Shown: one piece after another, positions 56,866-64,000 of the stretch | How positions within the stretch are numbered: position 1 is the first letter of the stretch | Layout of the letters: every line of letters starts with the position of its first letter | NCBI GenBank assembly: GCA_902500715.1 | Contig: CABVRO010000005.1 | Coordinates: 975 to 64,974 of the forward strand | Direction of reading: 5' to 3' | Origin: an uncultured Nitrospira sp. | GTDB taxonomy: Bacteria > Nitrospirota > Nitrospiria > Nitrospirales > Nitrospiraceae | Length of the DNA: 64,000 nt | Position numbers and translations under genes: made by a program | Notes under the pieces: model-generated | Seen by the model: the letters and a program-made list of their open reading frames with translations, nothing else | Database searches by the model: none | Told to the model about the DNA's origin: nothing

Positions 56866-59093
56866 TGCTCACGGAGCGATTCCGACCCATGCTGAGGCCT
56901 ATGCATCTCCGAACATTGTTCGATCGGCTTGCCCGGGTCATTATTACCGTCGGTGGGCTCGCGACCATCGTCAGCATTCTCGGGATCTTCTTCTTTCTGT
57001 TTCGCGAAGTCACCCCGTTGTTCACCGCGCCGAGCGCGAAGTTGACTCAACGCTTGAGTGTGCCTGCCCTCCTTGTGGACGAAGGTCCGGCTCAGGTGGC
57101 GGTCGATGAACATCGTGAGATTGCGCAGGTGTTCACCTCAGGAGCCATTCAGTTCTTCGATCTGGCATCGGGACAACCCATCCCGTTGGAGATGCCGGCA
57201 CAGGTCGTGGGCCGCCAGATCACGGCAATGGCGTCCGGAGGCGGCAATGCTCAGCGGTTGGCCGTGGGCACAGCCGATGGCGAAATCCTGCTCTTGAAAG
57301 TCGGCACCACGACGGAATTTACCGATCGAGGCGAGCGGCGCAAGCGTCCGCACATTCGCGCCGGCCAACCTATTCCACTGACGAAAAGCCCTATCGTCCG
57401 GCTGGCCTACCGGGCCAACGATCAAGGAAGTCTGCTGGCCCTCGTGTCGAAGGGCGGCCGGCTGCTCGTCGTGCGCATCGCGGCGGATGACGTGACGGGC
57501 CAACATCCCGTCGTCACGGAACTGCCGCAACCGAGAGGTGCGGTGACGGCTCTCGCCCTGGATGCGTTGCTTGAAAATCTGTATGTGGGAACGGCGGACG
57601 GACAGGTGGTGCATGTCGCTTTGTCTGAAACAGAACCGCCGGAGATGAGGGCCGCCTATACGATCGCTGCACCTTCGACGGCCGTCACGGCGTTGGGGTT
57701 CCTGAGCGGCGATCGCAGCCTGGTGGTCATGTCCGAGGACGGTGCGGTTTCGACCTGGGGACTTGTGCGACGCGCCGATGCCCCCTCCGGTTGGACCCTG
57801 ACCCAGATCCATACCCTCCGCGCTCACAATGCGCCGGTCACTGCATTTGCTCCGTCGCAACGGGTCAAGGGTTTTGTCACCGGCGATAGGAAGGGCAATC
57901 TGTTCCTGCACCATGCGACCTCTTCTCAAACGTTGTTGCGACTGGCCACCAGCGAATTTCCGATCCGCGCCGTGGCGTTCGCGCCGAAAGGCGACGGGTT
58001 GATCGCGTTGGACGGGGCCGGGCAACTGTCTCTGTACCAGGTGCAGAATGCCTATCCTGAAGTGACGCTCGAGACCTTGTTCGGCAAGGTCTGGTACGAG
58101 GGGTACGATCAGCCGGCCCATGTGTGGCAATCCTCCTCCGGGTCGGATGATGTCGAGCCGAAGCTCGGTCTGCTTCCGCTGGCATTCGGAACGCTCAAAG
58201 GGACGATGTACGCCCTGTTTCTCGCCGTGCCGATTGCCATTCTGGCGGCGATGTGCACCTCTCAGTTCATGCAACAGGACCTGCGCGCAAAAATTAAACC
58301 GATTATTGAAGTCATGGCCGCGTTGCCGACCGTGGTGCTCGGTTTCCTTGCCGGGCTCTGGCTGGCTCCCCTCCTTGAGCGAATGCTTCCCGCGGTGGCC
58401 GGCATGGCGCTGGTGTTGCCTCTGCTGGTTGTCGGGGCCTCGTTCGCCTGGTACCTTTGTCCGTTGTCCGCGAAACGACACCTCCCGCAGGGCCAAGAAG
58501 CCTTGCTGCTGATCCCACTCCTGGGACTGGGCATCGTCGGGTGCCTCTGGGCCAATTCCTTGATCGAAGGCTGGTGGTTCGACGGGAATGTGAAGGCCTG
58601 GCTCTCAAGCCGTCTCGGCATCCAATACGATCAGCGCAACGCCCTGATCGTCGGCATCGTGATGGGATTTGCCATCGTCCCGGTGATCTACAGCATTGCC
58701 GAAGAAGCGCTCTCCAATGTGCCGAAGATACAAATCGCCGGCTCGCTCGCGTTGGGAGCGACTCGTTGGCAAACCGTTCTGCATCTGGTGCTGTTGTCCG
58801 CCAGCCCGGGAATCTTTTCCGCCGTGATGATCGGGTTCGGGCGCGCGATCGGGGAAACCATGATCGTCCTGATGGCCACAGGGAATACTCCCATTCTGGA
58901 TTGGAACTGGGCGAACGGCTTTCGGACGCTGTCGGCCAATATCGCCGTGGAAATTCCGGAAGCCCCGCATGGCGGCACTCTCTATCGAGTGTTATTCCTG
59001 GCCGCCTTGCTCTTGTTCATCGTCACGTTTGTCATCAACTCGCTGGCCGAACTCGTTCGTCAGCGGCTCCGGGACAAGTACAGCCATGGGTGA
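56865..59093 (+). CDS. pstC: Phosphate ABC transporter permease with large N-terminal WD40-like extra domain
   Basis: GTLKG, EVMAALPTVVLG, GSLALGATRW, GRAIGETM and RTLSANIAVE motifs; beta-propeller-like repeats in the N-terminal half. Confidence 0.9.
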   Translation: MLTERFRPMLRPMHLRTLFDRLARVIITVGGLATIVSILGIFFFLFREVTPLFTAPSAKLTQRLSVPALLVDEGPAQVAVDEHREIAQVFTSGAIQFFDLASGQPIPLEMPAQVVGRQITAMASGGGNAQRLAVGTADGEILLLKVGTTTEFTDRGERRKRPHIRAGQPIPLTKSPIVRLAYRANDQGSLLALVSKGGRLLVVRIAADDVTGQHPVVTELPQPRGAVTALALDALLENLYVGTADGQVVHVALSETEPPEMRAAYTIAAPSTAVTALGFLSGDRSLVVMSEDGAVSTWGLVRRADAPSGWTLTQIHTLRAHNAPVTAFAPSQRVKGFVTGDRKGNLFLHHATSSQTLLRLATSEFPIRAVAFAPKGDGLIALDGAGQLSLYQVQNAYPEVTLETLFGKVWYEGYDQPAHVWQSSSGSDDVEPKLGLLPLAFGTLKGTMYALFLAVPIAILAAMCTSQFMQQDLRAKIKPIIEVMAALPTVVLGFLAGLWLAPLLERMLPAVAGMALVLPLLVVGASFAWYLCPLSAKRHLPQGQEALLLIPLLGLGIVGCLWANSLIEGWWFDGNVKAWLSSRLGIQYDQRNALIVGIVMGFAIVPVIYSIAEEALSNVPKIQIAGSLALGATRWQTVLHLVLLSASPGIFSAVMIGFGRAIGETMIVLMATGNTPILDWNWANGFRTLSANIAVEIPEAPHGGTLYRVLFLAALLLFIVTFVINSLAELVRQRLRDKYSHG

Positions 59094-60735
59094 ACGGTCG
59101 ACGCTCATGAAGGATTTCTGGCGGGGCGGAGAATTATTCGTCTGGATGACGGCCTCCGGTGTGGCGCTCAGCCTGATGATGGTGGCCGGCATGCTGGGAC
59201 TGATTATGATCAACGGCCTGGGGCAATTCTGGCCCGCTGCCTTGCAGGAGACGACGCTGAAGACGCAGGAGACAGTGATCGGTCAGGTGGTGGGAGAAGA
59301 AGTCATCCCCAATTCGATCACGCCGGACTCGCCTGCCGGACAGCGACGGTGTCGGTATCGCGTCGGCAATCGGGATCAGTTCGGGTCCGAATATCGTTGG
59401 ATCAATGCCGCGGACATTGTGTCGAGCGCGCGCCCCGAGGATCTCACGCTTGTCGAGCGGCGTGAGTGGGGGCCTGCCTTTGGTCGAATCACGGTCGGCG
59501 TGGAGGGGGCTGCGACAGGAAGCGCAAGCGGGAGTTCATGGACGACGGTGAAGACGCTGGTGGAGCGGGCCAATCAGTTACGTCGGCGCATCGAACATCT
59601 GGAGCGAGAGGAAATCGGCTCCATCAACTATCGGATTGAGAAGGCCAGGCTTGCCCGGCACGCGTTGACGCTGAACGGTCGACTCGCCCCCGCCGATGCC
59701 GAGAAAGACCAACGGCTTCTCGATCAGATGACTGCGTTGGAGCGAGACTATCTCGTCAAGACTGAGGCGCTTGAGCGGCTGCACAAGGAGGCCGGGCAGG
59801 AAGTCCTGTTTTTGACCCTCTCCACCGGCCGGTCGGTGCGGCTCTCTCTCGATCAGGTGTTGGCCGTCAGTCGGCCGAACGGGATGCACTGGGGTGAGAA
59901 ACTCCTGGCCTATGTCCGGAATCTGTGGCTGTTTGTTTCCAGCGAACCCCGTGAAGCGAACACGGAGGGCGGGATTTTTCCGGCGATCTTCGGCACAGTG
60001 TTGATGGTGTTTCTGATGACCCTGGCGGTGATGCCGTTCGGTGTCATGGCTGCCGTCTATTTGCGGGAGTATGCGAATCAAGGTCTGCTGGTCAGGCTGG
60101 TACGGATCGCGGTCAATAATCTGGCCGGTGTGCCGTCCATCGTCTTCGGGGTGTTCGGCCTCGCCTTTTTTGTCTATGCGCTGGGTGGCACGATCGACCA
60201 CTGGTTGTTTCCTGAGGCGCTCCCGAATCCCACCTTCGGCACGGGCGGCATCCTGTGGGCGTCTTTGACCCTGGCGCTGCTCACCGTCCCGGTCGTGATC
60301 GTGGCGACAGAGGAGGGACTCTCTGCGGTCCCGCGCGACTTTCGCGAAGGTTCGCTCGGACTGGGCGCGACCAAATTTGAAACACTCCGGCATGTGATCC
60401 TCCCCTGCGCGTTGCCGGGAATTTTGACGGGACTGATCCTGGCCATGGCAAGGGCCGCCGGGGAAGTGGCGCCCCTGATGTTGACCGGGGTGGTGAAATT
60501 GGCCCCTGCCCTTCCGTTGGACGAATACCTTCCCTTTCTGCATCTCGATCGAAAGTTCATGCACTTGGGATTCCATATTTACGACGTCGGGTTTCAGTCC
60601 CCGAACGTCGAGGCGGCCAAACCGATGGTCTATATGACCACGCTGATTCTGATCCTCGTGGTGGTATCGCTGAATTGGACGGCCGTGCGCCTGCGCAATC
60701 GTTTGCGGAGGCGTTTTGCCGCATCGGCCGTGTGA
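59086..60735 (+). CDS. pstA: Phosphate ABC transporter permease with coiled-coil insert
   Basis: REANTEGGIFPAIFGT, NLAGVPSIVFG, LGATK and ARAAGEVAPL motifs; the ATG overlaps the pstC end. Confidence 0.92.
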   Translation: MGERSTLMKDFWRGGELFVWMTASGVALSLMMVAGMLGLIMINGLGQFWPAALQETTLKTQETVIGQVVGEEVIPNSITPDSPAGQRRCRYRVGNRDQFGSEYRWINAADIVSSARPEDLTLVERREWGPAFGRITVGVEGAATGSASGSSWTTVKTLVERANQLRRRIEHLEREEIGSINYRIEKARLARHALTLNGRLAPADAEKDQRLLDQMTALERDYLVKTEALERLHKEAGQEVLFLTLSTGRSVRLSLDQVLAVSRPNGMHWGEKLLAYVRNLWLFVSSEPREANTEGGIFPAIFGTVLMVFLMTLAVMPFGVMAAVYLREYANQGLLVRLVRIAVNNLAGVPSIVFGVFGLAFFVYALGGTIDHWLFPEALPNPTFGTGGILWASLTLALLTVPVVIVATEEGLSAVPRDFREGSLGLGATKFETLRHVILPCALPGILTGLILAMARAAGEVAPLMLTGVVKLAPALPLDEYLPFLHLDRKFMHLGFHIYDVGFQSPNVEAAKPMVYMTTLILILVVVSLNWTAVRLRNRLRRRFAASAV

Positions 60736-60753
60736 TCACAGAAAGGACTGCGC

Positions 60754-61617
60754 ATGGATATCCAGATTCCTAGTCTGTCGCCGACGACGCCGGCATTGTC
60801 ACTGCGTCCGACCGTTCCCCAACCGCGTCTCACTCGTCCCCACGTGGCGCACGGAACTTCCGTCGATGCAAAAGTGCTGGTCCGCAATCTCGACTTCTAC
60901 TATGGCCAACGACAGGCCCTCTTTCGGGTCTCACTGACGGTCCGGACCCATTCGGTCACCTCCTTCATCGGCCCGTCGGGGTGCGGAAAATCCACGTTGC
61001 TGCGATGTCTGAACCGGATGAACGATCTGGTAGAAGGGGCGCGCGCGGTGGGGCGTGTGGAACTGGACGGTGTGGACATCTACGACCCCGCCATCGACGT
61101 CACCGATCTCAGGAAGCGTGTGGGGATGGTCTTTCAGAAATCGAACCCGTTTCCCAAATCGATCTACGACAATGTCGCGTATGGTCCGCGTCTGCACGGC
61201 ACCAAGGATAAGCGGTCTCTGGATGAACTCGTGCAGCATAGTCTGCAGGGCGCCGGACTCTGGGATGAGGTGAAGGACCGGTTGATGCAAAGCGCCCTGG
61301 GATTGTCCGGTGGACAACAACAGCGGTTGTGCATCGCGCGCGCGCTGGCGGTCCAGCCCGACGTCATCCTGATGGATGAGCCCTGTTCGGCCCTGGATCC
61401 CATCGCGACCGGCAAGATCGAAGAACTCATCTATACCTTGAAGAATACCTACACCGTGGTGATCGTGACGCACAACATGCAGCAGGCCGCGCGCGTGTCG
61501 GATCAATGCGGATTTTTTCTGATGGGTGAACTGGTAGAATTCGGCGATACGAAGACGATCTTTACGACTCCGCACGATAAACGAACGGAAGACTACATCA
61601 CCGGACGGTTCGGATAA
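60754..61617 (+). CDS. pstB: Phosphate ABC transporter ATP-binding protein
   Basis: [37 protein letters not shown] and YITGRFG motifs. Confidence 0.97.
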   Translation: MDIQIPSLSPTTPALSLRPTVPQPRLTRPHVAHGTSVDAKVLVRNLDFYYGQRQALFRVSLTVRTHSVTSFIGPSGCGKSTLLRCLNRMNDLVEGARAVGRVELDGVDIYDPAIDVTDLRKRVGMVFQKSNPFPKSIYDNVAYGPRLHGTKDKRSLDELVQHSLQGAGLWDEVKDRLMQSALGLSGGQQQRLCIARALAVQPDVILMDEPCSALDPIATGKIEELIYTLKNTYTVVIVTHNMQQAARVSDQCGFFLMGELVEFGDTKTIFTTPHDKRTEDYITGRFG

Positions 61618-61619
61618 CC

Positions 61620-61810
61620 TGTCAGGATGTTGAAAACGAACGCAATGCGGCTCTCTCGTCACGTGCGGATCCATGAATCGTGAAGCGTATCTCGTCGTCG
61701 TCAGAGCGTATGGCCCGTGGCGCAGGGCTGAGAAGCGAGACGCCGACTCTCGATTTCCGGCCTACACGGTAAGTTATATGCCATGAGCTCTCACTGCGGA
61801 CGCCTGCTAG
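61620..61810. repeat. Composite/degenerate intergenic repeat between pstB and phoU
   Basis: Begins CAGGATGTTGAAAAC (family-B TIR-like), contains the family-C 21-mer at 61674, and ends CCTGCTAG (reverse complement CTAGCAGG, the family-B end). Confidence 0.5.
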
Positions 61811-61825
61811 AGAAGGAGCCCGACC

Positions 61826-62494
61826 ATGCAACGACATTTCGATCAAGACCTCGCGCACCTCAAGCAGACCTTGCTCCGTATGGGCGGGCTCGTCGAATCG
61901 CAGATTCAACAGGCCCTGCAGGCGTTGGTGGATCGGGATTCCGATCTGGCAGTCGATGTCATCAAACAGGACCACGATGTCAACGCGTTGGATGTCGAGA
62001 TCGACGAACTCTGCATCCAGTTGCTGGCGCTGCAACAGCCGACGGCCCGCGATTTGCGGTTCGTGACGACGGGGATGAAAATTTCGTCCGAACTGGAACG
62101 GATGGGCGATCTGGCCGACAACATCGCTCAGCGTGCCCTGGAGCTGAACGGCGAGCCGCAGCTGAAGCCCTACATCGACATTCCGCGCATGGCCAATTGG
62201 ACGATGCGTATGGTCAAGGACTGTCTGGATGCCTTCGTAAACTCCGATCCGGTGCTGGCGCGGAAGGTGTGTGCCGACGACGACTTTGTCGATGAGGTGA
62301 ACGAGCAGTTGTTTCGAGAACTGCTCTCCTTTATGCTGGAAGACACGCGGACCATTACCCGCGCGATCCGGCTCACCTTCGTGGCGAAGTCGCTCGAACG
62401 GATTGCCGATCATGCCACCAATATTGCGGAACTTGTCGTCTACATGGTTGAAGGCAAGAACATCCGGCACGTAGCCCCCTCTGCGAGCGTGTAG
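61826..62494 (+). CDS. phoU: Phosphate transport regulator PhoU
   Basis: QQPTARDLR, ELERMGD, D..VD and LERIADHATNIAE motifs; AAGGAG RBS. Confidence 0.96.
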   Translation: MQRHFDQDLAHLKQTLLRMGGLVESQIQQALQALVDRDSDLAVDVIKQDHDVNALDVEIDELCIQLLALQQPTARDLRFVTTGMKISSELERMGDLADNIAQRALELNGEPQLKPYIDIPRMANWTMRMVKDCLDAFVNSDPVLARKVCADDDFVDEVNEQLFRELLSFMLEDTRTITRAIRLTFVAKSLERIADHATNIAELVVYMVEGKNIRHVAPSASV

Positions 62495-64000
62495 ATGCCC
62501 AAACTGGCCGTCCTCGATATCGGCACCAATTCCATTCATATGGTCCTGGCGGAAGTGCAGCCGGACTACACCTATAAGATCCTCGACCGTTTCAAAGACA
62601 TGACCCGTCTCGGCGACGGCGTGTTCACGTCACGCCGTCTTTCCGACCAGGCGATGATGCGCGGCCTCGAGGTCATCCGGAACCTGGTCACGCTGGCCAG
62701 GAACAAGGGCTACGAACGGATCGAAGGCGTGGCGACCAGCGCGGTGCGGGAGGCGCGAAACGGCGGAGAGTTTCTGGATCATGTCGCGCAGCAAACCGGA
62801 TTGACGGTCCGGGTCATCACCGGCGCAGAAGAAGCCCGCTTGATCTTCCTCGGCGTGCAGAACAGCGTGGCTCTCCCCGAGCCGCCGACCCTCGTGATCG
62901 ATATCGGGGGCGGTTCGGTCGAGGTGATCGTCGGGAATCGGGAGACGATCTATCAGGCTCGCAGCCTCAAGCTGGGAGCGATTCGGCTCAAAGATTTGTA
63001 TCTGACGAAGACACCCCCGTCCAAGGCGATGCTGCACGAACTCGAAGAGGCTGTGACCGGCCAGCTCAAGCAGGCGCTCGGGACCTACAAGACGAAACGC
63101 GTGGAACAGATCATTGCCACCTCCGGGATGGCGGGCAACCTGGCCGAAGTCATTTACCTGCAGCGTACGGGCCGCCCGCTTCAGCAGCTGAACCTCACGA
63201 AGATCTCGGCGAAAGAAATTGCCGCCGTTGAAAAACGTCTGGCCGACGCCACGCTGAAAACCAGGCTGGCCATGCCGGGACTGGATCCCAAACGGGTGGA
63301 TACGCTGCTCCCTGCAACGATCGTGTTTCGAATTCTGCTCGACCTATTACGTAAAGATGAGCTGACTATCTGTGACAAGGCGATCCGGGAAGGAATCATC
63401 TACGATTTTATTCAGCGGCACCACGAGGGTATTCAGGCGGAGCGGGACATTCCGGATGTCCGGAAGCGGAATATCCTGTCCCTGGCTCGCCGGTGTCATG
63501 TCTCCGAGACGCATGCGCTCCATGTCGCCGGACTCGCCTTGCGGCTGTTCGATCAAACCACGTCGTTGCACGGATTCGGACAGCGCGAGCGTGAGTGGCT
63601 GGAGTTCGCGGCCATCCTGCACGACATCGGATACTTGATCAATTCACGCCAGCATCACAAACATGCCTACTATCTGATCAAGAACAGCGATCTTTCCGGA
63701 TTCACTGCCGAGGAAATCGATCTGGTGGCGAATGTCGCGCGGTATCACCGCCGCTCGGTGCCGACGCGGAAGCACAGTGAGTACACCGCGTTGCCGCAAG
63801 GGAATCAACGCATCATCAACGTGCTGTCGGCCCTGCTCCGTATTGCCGACGGATTGGATCGAAGTCAATTTTCAGTAGTGCGGAACGTCGAGGTCAAAAT
63901 CGGCAAGACCGTCGTCATCACGGTGGACGTGTCGGGGGATGCCGAGCTGGAAATCTGGGCGGCGCGCGGTCGCAGCGATCTCTTCGAGAAGGTGTTCAAG
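62495..64000 (+). CDS. ppx: Exopolyphosphatase Ppx/GppA with C-terminal HD domain (runs off the right edge)
   Basis: Manual translation: MPKLAVLDIGTNSIH, ATSAVREA, EEA, DIGGGSVE and AILHDIG. The ATG directly follows the phoU stop. Confidence 0.93.
   Translation, partial: MPKLAVLDIGTNSIHMVLAEVQPDYTYKILDRFKDMTRLGDGVFTSRRLSDQAMMRGLEVIRNLVTLARNKGYERIEGVATSAVREARNGGEFLDHVAQQTGLTVRVITGAEEARLIFLGVQNSVALPEPPTLVIDIGGGSVEVIVGNRETIYQARSLKLGAIRLKDLYLTKTPPSKAMLHELEEAVTGQLKQALGTYKTKRVEQIIATSGMAGNLAEVIYLQRTGRPLQQLNLTKISAKEIAAVEKRLADATLKTRLAMPGLDPKRVDTLLPATIVFRILLDLLRKDELTICDKAIREGIIYDFIQRHHEGIQAERDIPDVRKRNILSLARRCHVSETHALHVAGLALRLFDQTTSLHGFGQREREWLEFAAILHDIGYLINSRQHHKHAYYLIKNSDLSGFTAEEIDLVANVARYHRRSVPTRKHSEYTALPQGNQRIINVLSALLRIADGLDRSQFSVVRNVEVKIGKTVVITVDVSGDAELEIWAARGRSDLFEKVFK

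Noticed and set aside
1-64000. tRNA, rRNA, CRISPR arrays, transposases, prophage genes
   Set aside because: None recognised by eye; a covariance-model scan (tRNAscan-SE, Infernal/Rfam) was not possible and could still reveal small RNAs in the larger intergenic gaps (42160-42600, 55272-55845).

Overview
A gene-dense, GC-rich (about 60% by eye) bacterial chromosomal window. Gene content and protein style suggest Nitrospira; this is inference, not a database result. The left edge holds an imuB-dnaE2 mutagenesis cassette with no imuA, preceded by a perfect palindrome inside a sigma70-like promoter. Housekeeping blocks follow: Rieske ferredoxin/Mrp/desaturase, putA, fabG-bioD, aroQ-efp-accB-accC-thiE, tsaD-hflX-nth-yicC-gmk-rpoZ-coaBC, clpC, nadK, an FNR-like reductase, fumC, hsp20, gltA, rnd and an ACT-malic enzyme. 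Next come a secreted 19-aa-repeat peptide beside a DUF255/aldo-keto reductase fusion. The right ~16 kb is a phosphate (Pho) island: porin, two PstS, PsiE, two orphan response regulators, and pstSCAB-phoU-ppx. I found no tRNA, rRNA, CRISPR array or transposase. The most notable signals are: the secreted GDDKKKEEKKGGH repeat peptide; an 11-bp-periodic Pho-box-like motif at five promoters; two response regulators with complementary degeneracy; a probable AUC start for hflX; two small membrane-protein ORFs below the ORF-track cutoff; and two families of MITE-like elements that share a central CGTAC-N7-GTACG hairpin.
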